A DNA stretch of 64,000 bases from Bacteroidales bacterium (GCA_041671145.1 JBAZBZ010000014.1:1727-65726); one strand, 5' to 3'. Shown: positions 37,962 to 48,363, counted from the stretch's first letter. Program-made: numbers and translations. The notes: a model not told the origin generated them from the sequence alone.

Positions 37962-39716
37962 ATGAGAAAAATGAATTTAAAATCATTAGCAGCTATGATT
38001 GTAGTTGCTTTAATTGTTGCAAGTTGTGGACTTGGAAAAATGGTAAAAAAGTACCCGACTGTTAAATATGAAGTTACTCCCGAAGTTCTTGAAACCAATG
38101 GAGGAAAAATTTCTGTTACAGTGAACGGCACAATTCCACCGAAATATTTCCACAAAAAAGCAATTGTTGATTTTACACCCGTAATAAAGTATGACGGCGG
38201 AGAAGTTGCTTTAAAAACTCTTACTCTTCAGGGCGAAAAAGCCAAAGGAGACGGTACTGTTATTAAATACACTGATGGCGGGTCATTCAGTTATACCGAT
38301 ATTGTTGCATACAAACCCGAAATGAACAAATCGGAATTAAGGGTTAATGCAAAAGCGAAATTAAAAAAAGAAGTTCCTCTGGGAGATAGAAAACTTGCCG
38401 ACGGGGTGATTTATACTTCTGAAAGGATTAATGAAGATTATATATCAAATGCAGCAGACCATAAATTCCAGAAAGAAGAACTTGTAACAAATACTGCAAA
38501 TTTATATTTTCCTTTCGCAGAGTCAAAAATTGACATGAAACTTCCTAATAATAAAAAGAAAGAAAATGCAGATTTATTGAATGCACTGAAAGAATTCTCA
38601 GTAAATGGATGGAAGAAAAAAGGTATAGAAATAAATGCTTGGGCTTCACCTGAAGGAGAAATAAATTTCAACCAGAATCTTTCTGCTGACAGAGCAAAAG
38701 CAGCTCAGAATATGTTGAAAAAATATATTGATGAAGAAACCAACAAAATAGCAAAAGCAAAAGATAAAAAAGCCAAACCCATTAAAGATTCTACACAATA
38801 TGATGTAAAAGCCAATGGCGAGGACTGGAAAGGATTTGTTGCAGAACTTGATAAATCCACTTTTAAGGATAAAAGCGTAATTCTTAACGTTATCAATGCT
38901 CAAAATGATGTTACAAAACGTCAACAGGAAATAAACAAAATGGTTGTTGTTTATAAAGAAGTAGAAGACGATATTTTACCAGGACTTAGAAGAGCTGAAA
39001 TAAAAGTTAATTCACTGAAACCATCAAGAACCGATGAACAAATAGCAGCACTTTCAACAACAAAACCCGATTCACTGAAACTTGAAGAATTGCTTTATGC
39101 AGCTACTTTAACTAATGATGCAAATATTAAACTAAAAATTTACAAATCAGCAACTACCGTTTATCCTCAAGATTGGAGAGGATACAACAATGCTGCATAC
39201 ATTGATATAAAATCAAATAATCTTGACGAAGCAACAACATTACTTGAAAAAGCAAACACGTTGTCACCAAATAACGGAATGGTTTTGAATAATCAGGGAG
39301 TTATCGCAGCAATGAAAAAAGATTATGATAATGCAAAAACACTTTTTGAAACTGCACAGCAGAACGGACAAAATGCAGGATATAATATTGGAATAATTAA
39401 TCTTAGAAAAGGTGATTATGCAGGAGCATTAGCTTCGTTCTCCGGTATTACTTGCAACTATAATCTTGCACTTGCACAATTGCTTTCAAAAGATAATGCA
39501 TCAGCTACAACTACTATTGACTGCATAAAGGAGAAAACAGCATATTCTTATTATTTAATGGCAGTAGTTGGAGCAAGAACAAATAATGTAGGTATGTTAA
39601 CAGAAGGACTTACAAAAGCTGTTCAATTAGATGGCAAATATAAAGCACAAGCGAAAGACGACAGAGAATTCTTAAAATTCTTCAGCAATTCGCAATTTCA
39701 GGATGCTGTGAAATAA
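37962..39716 (+). CDS. Lipoprotein with degenerate OmpA-like segment and C-terminal TPR-like repeats, hypothetical
   Basis: Start chosen at MRKMNLKSLAAMIVVALIVASCG (lipobox). ASPEGEINFNQNLSADRAKAA resembles the OmpA-family motif. The C-terminal third is TPR-like. Confidence 0.6.
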   Translation: MRKMNLKSLAAMIVVALIVASCGLGKMVKKYPTVKYEVTPEVLETNGGKISVTVNGTIPPKYFHKKAIVDFTPVIKYDGGEVALKTLTLQGEKAKGDGTVIKYTDGGSFSYTDIVAYKPEMNKSELRVNAKAKLKKEVPLGDRKLADGVIYTSERINEDYISNAADHKFQKEELVTNTANLYFPFAESKIDMKLPNNKKKENADLLNALKEFSVNGWKKKGIEINAWASPEGEINFNQNLSADRAKAAQNMLKKYIDEETNKIAKAKDKKAKPIKDSTQYDVKANGEDWKGFVAELDKSTFKDKSVILNVINAQNDVTKRQQEINKMVVVYKEVEDDILPGLRRAEIKVNSLKPSRTDEQIAALSTTKPDSLKLEELLYAATLTNDANIKLKIYKSATTVYPQDWRGYNNAAYIDIKSNNLDEATTLLEKANTLSPNNGMVLNNQGVIAAMKKDYDNAKTLFETAQQNGQNAGYNIGIINLRKGDYAGALASFSGITCNYNLALAQLLSKDNASATTTIDCIKEKTAYSYYLMAVVGARTNNVGMLTEGLTKAVQLDGKYKAQAKDDREFLKFFSNSQFQDAVK

Positions 39717-39736
39717 TAAATAAATAATAAAAATTT

Positions 39737-39772
39737 AAAGGGTTGCTTTTTTAAAAGTAGCCCTTTATTTTT
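39737..39772. terminator. Bidirectional hairpin terminator between convergent genes
   Basis: AAAGGGTTGC (39737-39746) pairs with GTAGCCCTTT (39757-39766), followed by ATTTTT. A-rich sequence on the other side could serve the minus-strand gene. Confidence 0.5.
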
Positions 39773-39802
39773 GGTTATGCTTAAGTATCTGAATTGTTCG
39801 GG

Positions 39803-40267
39803 TTAAAATATGGGTATATGTCTGTCTATTGCTTGTTCTAACGAAACATAAGTTTCGGTTCTTGCAACTCCCTGAATGGGTTGAATTTTATTTATTAAAA
39901 TGTTTGTTAAATCGGCATTGTCTTTGCAATAAATTTTAACAAATGTAGAAAAATCACCGGTTGTGTAATGACACTCAGTAACTTCAGGAATTTTTTTCAA
40001 TTCCTCAACTGCAGATTTATAAAAAGTTGGTTTTTCAAGAAAAATTCCAATAAATGCACAAGTAGTTAATCCTGCAACTATTGGATTAACTGTAAAATGT
40101 GAACCGGAAATATATCCGGCATCTTCAAGCTTCTGAACTCTTTGATGAATTGCAGCACCTGAAAGGCCACATTCTCTTGCTACTTCAAGAAAAGGCGTTC
40201 GTGCATTATTCATTAATAAGGATAAAATTTTCTTATCGGTGCTGTCAATTTGATATTTTTCACTCAT
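39803..40267 (-). CDS. Lrp/AsnC family transcriptional regulator
   Basis: N-terminal HTH (DKKILSLLMNNARTPFLEVARECGLSGAAIHQRVQKLEDAGYI) and a C-terminal RAM-type domain; 154 aa. Confidence 0.85.
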   Translation of the reverse strand: MSEKYQIDSTDKKILSLLMNNARTPFLEVARECGLSGAAIHQRVQKLEDAGYISGSHFTVNPIVAGLTTCAFIGIFLEKPTFYKSAVEELKKIPEVTECHYTTGDFSTFVKIYCKDNADLTNILINKIQPIQGVARTETYVSLEQAIDRHIPIF

Positions 40268-40299
40268 ACGTTTTTTAATTATAAATTAAAAATTCTACA

Positions 40300-40307
40300 C
40301 AAATATA
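40300..40307 (-). promoter_or_regulatory. Bacteroidota -7 box (TAnnTTTG)
   Basis: Plus-strand CAAATATA is TATATTTG on the minus strand, 33 nt upstream of the start at 40267. Confidence 0.45.
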
Positions 40308-40351
40308 AATAACATTTTAACTGAAAACTAACTTTTTTTATTATAATTTTT

Positions 40352-41344
40352 TTAAGCTTTTCCAACACTTCCCAAAACATTTGTAATTTTATGCTTATAA
40401 AGTTCTTTTAGTTGCTCTCTAGCAGGACCAAGATATTTTCTCGGGTCAAATTCACCGGGACTGTCAACGAATACTTTGCGTATTGCTGCTGTAACAGCCA
40501 GACGACCATCGGAATCAATGTTTATTTTGCAAACCGATGAAGTTGCAGCTCTTCGGAGTTGTTCTTCGGGAATACCGACAGCATCTTTTAATTTACCCCC
40601 GTTTGCGTTAATTGTTTTCACAATATCAGCTGGTACTGATGAAGCTCCATGCAGTACAATCGGAAATCCGGGAATTCTTTTTTCAACTTCTTCAAGAATG
40701 TCGAAACGTAATGGCGGTGGTATAAGAACGCCATCGGCATTGCGTGTGCATTGTTCCGGCTTGAATTTAGTAGCTCCGTGAGATGTGCCTATGGAAATTG
40801 CAAGTGAATCAACATTTGTTTTTTTAACAAAATCTTCAACCTGTTCGGGTTGTGTGTATATTGATTTTGCTGCTTCTACATCATCTTCAATACCTGACAA
40901 AACACCAAGTTCACCTTCAACGGTTACATCATATTTATGTGCATATTCAACAACCTGTTTGGTTAATTCTACATTTTTTTCATAAGGATGATGAGAACCG
41001 TCAATCATTACAGAAGAAAAACCATATTCAATACATGATTTGCATAATTCAAAAGTATCTCCATGGTCAAGATGTAAAACTATAGGAACAGAAAATCCCA
41101 GCTCTTTCCCATATTCAACAGCTCCCTGAGCCATATATTGCAACAAAGTTTGATTTGCATATTTTCTTGCTCCGCTTGATACTTGCAAAATAACTGGAGA
41201 TTTTGTTTCTACGCAAGCCATTATTATTGCCTGCAACTGTTCCATGTTATTGAAATTAAAAGCAGGAATTGCATATTTGCCTGTTATTGCTTTTTGGAAC
41301 AATTCTTTTGAGTTTACAAGTCCGATTTCTTTATAATGAATCAT
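40352..41344 (-). CDS. fba: Class II fructose-1,6-bisphosphate aldolase
   Basis: PAFNFNNMEQ, HLDHG, IGTSHGA and LHGASSVP blocks; 330 aa. Confidence 0.9.
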   Translation of the reverse strand: MIHYKEIGLVNSKELFQKAITGKYAIPAFNFNNMEQLQAIIMACVETKSPVILQVSSGARKYANQTLLQYMAQGAVEYGKELGFSVPIVLHLDHGDTFELCKSCIEYGFSSVMIDGSHHPYEKNVELTKQVVEYAHKYDVTVEGELGVLSGIEDDVEAAKSIYTQPEQVEDFVKKTNVDSLAISIGTSHGATKFKPEQCTRNADGVLIPPPLRFDILEEVEKRIPGFPIVLHGASSVPADIVKTINANGGKLKDAVGIPEEQLRRAATSSVCKINIDSDGRLAVTAAIRKVFVDSPGEFDPRKYLGPAREQLKELYKHKITNVLGSVGKA

Positions 41345-41400
41345 AGTTTTAAGTTTTTTTGTAAAATTAACAATATAAATTATTTTGTAAAAAAAATAGT

Positions 41401-44226
41401 TTAAAAATTTTCATTTAAATTTTTCCCTGTATATGAGTTTTTACATTTTACCAAATCTTCAGGTTTACCTTCAAAAACAATATTTCCGCCATTATCGCCG
41501 CCTTCCGGTCCCAAATCTATAATCCAGTCGGCGCATTTAATAACTTCGGGATTATGCTCAATAACAATAATTGAATGACCTTGACTTAATAAAGAATTAA
41601 AAGCAATAAGCAATTTGTTGATATCGTGAAAATGCAAGCCGGTTGTGGGCTCATCAAAAATAAATAGTGTTTTATTTGCAGTATTTCTTTGTCCGATAAA
41701 ATAACTAAGTTTTATTCTTTGTGCTTCACCTCCGCTCAAAGTGCTTGATGACTGCCCAAGATGAACATATCCCATGCCTATTTCAGAAAACGGTTTTAAT
41801 TTTTCCACGATTTTTTTTTCAATAAAATTATTTTCTTCGCTAGCACCAAATAGTTCTATTGCCTCGTCAACAGTCATGTTGAGAATATCATTAATATCAT
41901 TTCCTTTATATTTTACTTCAAGAATTTCATCTTTATATCGTTTCCCTCTACAAACATCACAGGTTAAATGTATATCAGCCATAAACTGCATTTCTATCAC
42001 TACTTCGCCATCGCCACTACATTCATCACAGCGACCTCCCGGAACATTAAAGGAAAAATACCCGGGAGTATATCCGCGTAATTTCGATAATTGCTGGTTC
42101 GAAAACAAAAGCCGTATATCATCAAATACTTTTACATAAGTTACGGGATTGGAACGCGACGACCTGCCAATCGGATTCTGGTCAACAAATTCCACGTTGC
42201 TTAGATAATTTATATCTCCATCTAATTTATCATATTTTCCGGGCTTTTCGGAGTTCTTTTGATAAGCTTTACAAAGCGAAGGATATAAAATATTTTTAAC
42301 GAGTGATGACTTTCCCGAGCCGCTGACACCTGTTATTACTGTCAAAACATTTAAGGGAAATTTTACATTGATATTTTTAAGATTGTTTTCTTTTGCTCCT
42401 TTAATTTCTAAATACTCCTTCCATTCACGTCGTTTTTTAGGTGTTTTTATCTGCAGTTCCTTATTCAGATATTTTGAAGTGATGCTTGTTTTATTTTTTA
42501 TTAAGTCCTTATTTTCTCCCTGAAAAATAATTTCTCCACCGTTTTTGCCTGCGAACAGCCCGATATCAATTATATAATCCGCTGAACGAATAATTTTTTC
42601 GTCATGCTCAACAATAATAACAGTGTTTCCATTAGTTTGGAGTTTTCGCAGAACATTTATCAATTGCTCAGTATCTCTGCTGTGCAGCCCTATACTCGGT
42701 TCATCCAGAATATACATCGAACCCACAAGATTACTTCCGATGCAGGTTGCAAGACGCATTCTCTGAAATTCACCTCCCGATAAACTTGAAGTAAGTCGGT
42801 TTAGTGTTAAATACCCTAAACCAACTTCGTTCATATATTCCAAACGATTTGTAATTTCCAGCAAAATTCTTTTTGCCACTTTGCTGTCATGTTCATTTAA
42901 TTTTAATGAATTTAAAAAAACATGACTGTCTTTTACAGGAATTGTAATAATTTCAGAAATGGATTTATTTGCTATTTTAACATAGTTAGCATCTTTTCTC
43001 AATCGTGTTCCGTGGCAGTCGGGACAATCGGTTTTTCCACGAAAACGTGAAAGCAACACGCGGTATTGAATTTTATATGTTTGTTCTTCTATATATTTGA
43101 AAAAATCATTTATTCCATGAAAATGTTCATTCCCGTTCCAAAGGATTTTTTTCTGTTTATCGGTAAGTTCATAATATGGTTTATGAATGGGAAAGTTGAA
43201 TTTGTAAGCATTCATAACGAGTAAATCTTTAAACTCGCTTAATTTTTCACCTTTCCAGCAAGCAACAGCATCTTCAAAAATTGAAAGCGATTTATTCGGG
43301 ATAACGAGGTCTTCATCAATTCCCATGACCTTTCCGAATCCCTCACAGGTTTTACAGGCACCAAAAGGATTATTGAAACTAAAAAAATCAGGTGTAGGTT
43401 CTTCAAAAGAAATTCCATCGAGTTCAAATTTATTTGAGAAAAAATATTCTTTAGCAATTTCTTTTTCATCAACGACTTCAACCATGCAGCTTCCTTCGCC
43501 TTCGTAAAAAGCCGTTTGAAGTGAATCGGCAATTCTGCTTCTATCTTGAGCAATATCATGCTTTATTGCAATTCTGTCAATTATTATAAAGCCATTCTTT
43601 TTTTCAAACGAATGATTATAATTTTCAATAAGAGTATTTATTGAAAAAGAATCATTGTCAAATCGTATCTTTGAAAATCCTTGTTGATAAAGAATTTGCA
43701 ACTGTTGTTTCAAAGTTCTGTTTTCTTTAATAATTAAAGGGGAATAAATAAAAACTTTAAAATTTCCGTTTAAAGAAATAATAAATTCAGTAACATCATC
43801 CACCGAATGTCGCTTCACTTGTTGTTCCGAAACGGGTGAATATGTTTTTCCTATTCTTGCGAATAAAAGTTTAAGGTATTCATATATTTCAGTTGTTGTA
43901 CCGACAGTTGCTCTCGGATTTTTTGTATTTGATTTTTGTTCTATTGCAATTGCCGGCGAAATGCCTTTTATAAAATCAACATCGGGTTTATCCATTCTCC
44001 AAACAAACTGTCGTGCATAAGAAGACAAGCTTTCAACATAGCGTCTTTGACCTTCGGCAAAAATTGTATCGAAAGCAAGCGATGATTTTCCCGAACCCGA
44101 TAAGCCAGTGATGACAATAAGTTTATTACGCGGAATGATAACATCTACATTTTTGAGATTGTGTACTCTTGCTCCCTTTACAAAAATAAATTTTTTTGTA
44201 TCAATATTCTCTGAAATCTGCATCAA
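41401..44226 (-). CDS. uvrA: Excinuclease ABC subunit A
   Basis: Two ABC ATPase modules ([25 protein letters not shown]), zinc-finger Cys clusters; 941 aa. Confidence 0.95.
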   Translation of the reverse strand: MMQISENIDTKKFIFVKGARVHNLKNVDVIIPRNKLIVITGLSGSGKSSLAFDTIFAEGQRRYVESLSSYARQFVWRMDKPDVDFIKGISPAIAIEQKSNTKNPRATVGTTTEIYEYLKLLFARIGKTYSPVSEQQVKRHSVDDVTEFIISLNGNFKVFIYSPLIIKENRTLKQQLQILYQQGFSKIRFDNDSFSINTLIENYNHSFEKKNGFIIIDRIAIKHDIAQDRSRIADSLQTAFYEGEGSCMVEVVDEKEIAKEYFFSNKFELDGISFEEPTPDFFSFNNPFGACKTCEGFGKVMGIDEDLVIPNKSLSIFEDAVACWKGEKLSEFKDLLVMNAYKFNFPIHKPYYELTDKQKKILWNGNEHFHGINDFFKYIEEQTYKIQYRVLLSRFRGKTDCPDCHGTRLRKDANYVKIANKSISEIITIPVKDSHVFLNSLKLNEHDSKVAKRILLEITNRLEYMNEVGLGYLTLNRLTSSLSGGEFQRMRLATCIGSNLVGSMYILDEPSIGLHSRDTEQLINVLRKLQTNGNTVIIVEHDEKIIRSADYIIDIGLFAGKNGGEIIFQGENKDLIKNKTSITSKYLNKELQIKTPKKRREWKEYLEIKGAKENNLKNINVKFPLNVLTVITGVSGSGKSSLVKNILYPSLCKAYQKNSEKPGKYDKLDGDINYLSNVEFVDQNPIGRSSRSNPVTYVKVFDDIRLLFSNQQLSKLRGYTPGYFSFNVPGGRCDECSGDGEVVIEMQFMADIHLTCDVCRGKRYKDEILEVKYKGNDINDILNMTVDEAIELFGASEENNFIEKKIVEKLKPFSEIGMGYVHLGQSSSTLSGGEAQRIKLSYFIGQRNTANKTLFIFDEPTTGLHFHDINKLLIAFNSLLSQGHSIIVIEHNPEVIKCADWIIDLGPEGGDNGGNIVFEGKPEDLVKCKNSYTGKNLNENF

Positions 44227-44310
44227 TGTTTAATAATAAAAACAACAATTTAACAATTTTATTTCAGTAAAAGTTAAGTTCTAAGCCGTTTGTAGAATAT
44301 TCGTAAAATA

Positions 44311-44463
44311 TAATTAGAGTCAGCAAGAAAACACCTGTTTTTGAAAATCAGCTTTTGCCCCAACCCTAAAGGGTGGCTGATTTTCAATGGCTTCCCTTTA
44401 GGGATTAAGGGTAAAAAGCCATTGAAAATCATAATTCGGCGGTTTTCTTGCAGCCACTAATTA
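44311..44463 (+). repeat. Structured repeat family, copy B (apparently complete, with imperfect 22-nt terminal inverted repeats)
   Basis: Ends TAATTAGAGTCAGCAAGAAAAC / GTTTTCTTGCAGCCACTAATTA match at 17 of 22. There are two perfect, overlapping hairpins (44341-44352/44376-44387 and 44378-44392/44417-44431). The loops are complementary to each other. Confidence 0.65.
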
Positions 44464-44515
44464 TGAATATTGCGAAATTAATAAAAATAAATTTGGAAAT
44501 TATCTTTTTTCACTC

Positions 44516-44523
44516 TATATTTG
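44516..44523 (+). promoter_or_regulatory. Bacteroidota -7 box (TAnnTTTG) giving a ~110-nt leader for the sigma factor gene
   Basis: TATATTTG. The downstream leader contains two AGGAGG motifs (44575-44580 and 44629-44634). Confidence 0.35.
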
Positions 44524-44639
44524 TAAATTGAAATACTATAATTTCATATAGATTTATACTAACCTTAAAAATTTAGGAGGAGCGATTATCGAGTAAATAT
44601 ATACCCTTTTTTTATTTTTTTCTAATAAAGGAGGTTTAT

Positions 44640-45224
44640 ATGATACGTGTTGAATTAAGCGACCAGGAACTCGTTAATCAGTACATAGCCGGAAGTGAAT
44701 CAGCTTTTGAAATTCTTTTAAAACGCCACAAAAGAAAAATATTTACTTACATTAAAATTCAGGTAAAAAGTAAAGCATTGGCTGAAGATATTTTTCAGGA
44801 TACTTTTTACAAAGTGATAATAACACTTCGTTCGGGTAATTACAATGAAGAGGGCAAGTTTCTGCAATGGGTGATGAGAATTGCCCATAATATTATTGTT
44901 GATTATTTCAGAAAAGAAAATCGTATGCGGTTCATTGAAAATTCCGATGAATATGATATTTTTTCATTTCTTAAAATTTATGATGAAAATATTGAAGAGA
45001 AGCTCTGCAAAGAACAAATACATAATGATGTCAGAAAATTAGTTGCTCGCTTACCCGAAGACCAAAAAGAAGTTCTTGTAATGCGTCATTATGCCGATAT
45101 GGACTTTAAAGAAATAGCAACAAAGACAGGTGTGAGCATAAATACCGCACTCGGCAGAATGAGATATGCCCTGATAAATTTAAGGAAAATGATTGAAGAA
45201 AAGAAAGTTATATTGTCAGTTTAG
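44640..45224 (+). CDS. Sigma-70 family (ECF-like) RNA polymerase sigma factor
   Basis: Region 2 (DIFQDTFYKVI...WVMRIAHNIIVDYFRK) and region 4 HTH (MDFKEIATKTGVSINTALGRMRYA); 194 aa. Confidence 0.85.
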   Translation: MIRVELSDQELVNQYIAGSESAFEILLKRHKRKIFTYIKIQVKSKALAEDIFQDTFYKVIITLRSGNYNEEGKFLQWVMRIAHNIIVDYFRKENRMRFIENSDEYDIFSFLKIYDENIEEKLCKEQIHNDVRKLVARLPEDQKEVLVMRHYADMDFKEIATKTGVSINTALGRMRYALINLRKMIEEKKVILSV

Positions 45225-46397
45225 ATTTCTGTTTTCCGAAAATAATTAAAAAATAAATTACTACCAATACAACGCCAATTCCTGAGAATACAAATGTATA
45301 TGCGGGGGTGAATTTAAACCATATAAATCCAGCCAAACTACTCGCTATTAAAGTTGCAATACTCGAAAAACTTGAATAAAAACCAATTGCCGTAGCTGTT
45401 TCCGATGGAGCAGAAATATTTGAAATAAGTGCTTTCGACATTCCTTCTGTTGCACTTGCATAAATACCATATATACCGAATAAAATGCCAAGCATTAAAT
45501 AACCACTTGCAAAACTTATTGATAAATAAACGAACGCAAATAATATCAACCCGATTATTATTATGGTTTTCAATCCTATTTTATCAGCCAAAATTCCTAT
45601 AGGGTATGAAAATAAAGCATATACAAGGTTGTAAAATATATAAAATCCTATCATTGTTGTGTCTGACATGCCTTTATTTTTCAAAACCAACAATAAAAAG
45701 ACATCAGAACTATTGAAAAGTGTAAATGCTAAAAGTCCTATTAATAGCTGCTTATAGCCGACAGATGATTTTTCCCAATATTTAAAATAACCAAAAAAAG
45801 AAATTTTATTTTTATTTTCAAGCGGATTATTTTTTTTATCTTTTAATAGCAGCGAAAGAATTATTGAAATTATTCCCGGAACAATTGCCAGAATAAAAAT
45901 TGTTTTATACTTGTTAGGATAAAAATAAAGAAAAACTAAAGCTAATATAGGACCAATAGCTGCACCAATCGTATCCATTCCTCTGTGAAAGCCAAAAACC
46001 TTTCCTTTGTTTTAGGAGTTGTTTCGTCGGATAATAAAGCGTCGCGTGCACTTGTGCGTATTCCCTTGCCGAATCTGTCCATTGTTCTTGCCGTGAAAAT
46101 CCATAACGGAAATGTAAAAATTGCAAGCATTGGCTTTGAAATTGCGCTAAGAATATAACCAATTTTAACAAATGGTGCTCTTTTTCCGATTGAATCGGAA
46201 AGATTACCGAAATATCCTTTGCTTAATCCGGCTGTTGCTTCTGCTACACCTTCAAGTATACCAATTAAAAAAACAGAAAAGCCAATTGATTTAAGATAAA
46301 CAGGCATTACCGGATACAGCATTTCGCTTGCTATATCAGTAAATAAACTGATAAATGAAACAAGTAAAATTGCGCGGGTGATTATTTTTGTTTTCAT
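45208..46397 (-). pseudogene. MFS transporter interrupted by a 1-nt frameshift (or a sequencing error)
   Basis: Two overlapping ORFs (45942..46397 and 45208..45978) together make one 12-TM MFS protein. The frames switch in the run AAAACAAAGGAAAGG near 46003-46012. Adding one base restores ...TPKTKGKVFGFHRGMDTIGA... Confidence 0.7.
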
Positions 46398-46460
46398 TTT
46401 AAAAATTTTCTCACAAAGACTCGAGGCGCAAAGTTTTCATTAATTTAATTTTATTAAAAT

Positions 46461-46502
46461 GCCACAGATTCAGAATATTAAATTACTCTGTGAATCTGTG
46501 GC
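46461..46502 (-). terminator. Hairpin downstream of yajC
   Basis: GCCACAGATTCA (46461-46472) pairs with TGAATCTGTGGC (46491-46502), 12 bp with an 18-nt loop. It lies 31 nt after the yajC stop. The tail is A/T-rich but there is no clean U-run. Confidence 0.4.
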
Positions 46503-46532
46503 AAATTTTATAAATTCTACAATCTATTTTAT

Positions 46533-46856
46533 TTATTTATTCTCACTTAATTGGTCGGAAGTGCTTGAAGCAACGGCTGTTTTTTCTATTCGTAATTTAT
46601 TTCCGCCTTCAACTTCAATAGTGAAAGTTGTTTCCTGTACTTCAACTATTCTTCCGTGAATACCGCCGATTGTTATTACTTTATCTCCTTTTTTCAATAA
46701 TTCTCTGAATTTTTTCTGCTCTTTAGTTCTTTTTATTTGCGGTCTAATCATGAAAAAATAAAAAACAGCAATAATTAAAACGAGCGTAATCATTGGAGCA
46801 TAAGGATTTCCACCGCTTTTCTGGGGTGTCATTAAGATTATTTCAAGGTTTGTCAT
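46533..46856 (-). CDS. yajC: Preprotein translocase subunit YajC
   Basis: Single TM, then the conserved RPQxKRxKExxxxxxxLKKGDKVxTxGGIxGxI motif. Confidence 0.85.
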   Translation of the reverse strand: MTNLEIILMTPQKSGGNPYAPMITLVLIIAVFYFFMIRPQIKRTKEQKKFRELLKKGDKVITIGGIHGRIVEVQETTFTIEVEGGNKLRIEKTAVASSTSDQLSENK

Positions 46857-46891
46857 AAATAATTTTTTTAAATGGTTAAAAAATAAATTTA

Positions 46892-47353
46892 CTATTCAGG
46901 TACAATAACATTACAAATTATTTTTAATACAGTAGTATTTGGTTGAGTATTGGCAACTATGGAAACTGTTTTATTTTGTATTCCCTGTTTGCCTTCACTG
47001 TTGAAAGTAACTTTTATCTTATCTTCTTTGCCTGGAGCTATTGCTCCTTTAGGAAATTCGGGAACAGTGCATCCACAACTTCCATTTGCTTCGGTAATTA
47101 CCAAATCAACTTTTCCAGTGTTTTTGAATTTGAATTCATGTGTAACTTTTTCACCTCTTGTTACATTTCCGAAATTGAAAAAATCTTCTTCAAATTCAAA
47201 TTTTGCAAATTCTCCTTTTTTATGGTCAGTAGCGCTTGCAGGGTTATTTACAAGGTCTGTAGAAATTTTTTCCGAAGTTTTTTGTTTGCATGAAACTATT
47301 GATACCAAAATAAGAATTGACAATGTTGATATAAATTTTTTCATTTTTTTCAT
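46892..47353 (-). CDS. DUF1573 domain lipoprotein
   Basis: Start chosen at MKKMKKFISTL. Lipobox IVSCK. FNFGNVTRGEKVTHEFKFKNTGKVDLVI...GSCGCTVPEFP is typical of DUF1573. Confidence 0.75.
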   Translation of the reverse strand: MKKMKKFISTLSILILVSIVSCKQKTSEKISTDLVNNPASATDHKKGEFAKFEFEEDFFNFGNVTRGEKVTHEFKFKNTGKVDLVITEANGSCGCTVPEFPKGAIAPGKEDKIKVTFNSEGKQGIQNKTVSIVANTQPNTTVLKIICNVIVPE

Positions 47354-47387
47354 TAATTTAATTAAGGCAAAAGTAAAAAAAAATTCT

Positions 47388-48332
47388 TCAATCAATCAAT
47401 CCTCTTCCTGATTTTTTTATCAATCCCTGCTCTTTTAAATCTGCTGTAAGCTTGTCAAGAATTCCGTTTATAAAATCTTTACTCTTACGGGTACTGTATA
47501 TTTTTGAAATTTCAATATATTCATTAAGTGTAACTTTTACCGGTATCGTGGGAAAATCCGTTAGTTCATTAATTGCCATGTTCATTAAAATAATATCAAT
47601 AAGTGCAATCCTGTCAATTTCCCAGTTTGCTGCACGAGCTGCAATTATTTTTTCATTTTTATCTTTATTCTCAATTGACTTTTTAAACAAATCAACTACG
47701 AGTTTTGTGTCTTCGGGTTCATCTTTATATAAAGGCAGTATGAAATTGTTTTCTTCTTTATTTTCATTCAGGTTTAATAAAAATTTTGTTATGATTGCAT
47801 TTACAAGATAAATATCATTTCCCCAGAATAAATTTTTATCTTCAAAATAAGAAATCAAACTTTCCTGTTCTGTAATGATATCCTGATAAGCATTAGCAAT
47901 AAAATCTTTATCTTCCAAAAAGGTTTTGCATTTATTCAATTGTGCAGATGCTTCCGCATTATTTTTTATCGCTGTTATAATTTTTTTTATTAATTCTTTT
48001 TCTTCCTGCCAGTTTATATTTTTTTCTTTTACCACAGTGGCAAGTCTTTCGTTTTCTGTGATAATTGTCAATACTTTATTCGATAAAAATTTATTATAAA
48101 AAATTAAATCATTTTTATTAGGATGGAATTTGTTTTTTTCATCATCTTCGAACCGGATGAGGCAACTATGTAGTTCTTTAAAAAGCGATAAAAGATTAAT
48201 GTAAAGGTCAAATATTTGTTCAATGCTTTTGAGCAATTCGTGTTTAGCTTTTTCCGAATCGTTGCTTTTCGATTGAAAAAAAGCATACAATGCAAGAAAT
48301 ACCTTTATTCTTAAATACCTTCGGTTTAACAT
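47388..48332 (-). CDS. nusB: Transcription antitermination factor NusB (long Bacteroidota form)
   Basis: N-terminal RRYLRIKVFLALYAF and C-terminal NEYIEISKIYSTRKSKDFINGILD blocks. Gene order nusB-DUF1573-yajC is typical. Confidence 0.8.
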   Translation of the reverse strand: MLNRRYLRIKVFLALYAFFQSKSNDSEKAKHELLKSIEQIFDLYINLLSLFKELHSCLIRFEDDEKNKFHPNKNDLIFYNKFLSNKVLTIITENERLATVVKEKNINWQEEKELIKKIITAIKNNAEASAQLNKCKTFLEDKDFIANAYQDIITEQESLISYFEDKNLFWGNDIYLVNAIITKFLLNLNENKEENNFILPLYKDEPEDTKLVVDLFKKSIENKDKNEKIIAARAANWEIDRIALIDIILMNMAINELTDFPTIPVKVTLNEYIEISKIYSTRKSKDFINGILDKLTADLKEQGLIKKSGRGLID

Positions 48333-48355
48333 TTAAACAACTAAGCAAATTTCTG

Positions 48356-48363
48356 CAAAAATA
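48356..48363 (-). promoter_or_regulatory. Bacteroidota -7 box (TAnnTTTG) for nusB
   Basis: Plus-strand CAAAAATA is TATTTTTG on the minus strand, 24 nt upstream of the start at 48332. Confidence 0.4.

Noticed and set aside
40352-41344. Visibly higher GC in the fba gene as a possible horizontal transfer signal
   Set aside because: A highly conserved, highly expressed glycolytic gene commonly has elevated GC and codon bias. The flanks and neighbouring genes are ordinary.
45914-46171. 85-aa ORF at the MFS frameshift site
   Set aside because: It is the third reading frame across the same region. The other two frames together reconstruct a full MFS transporter.
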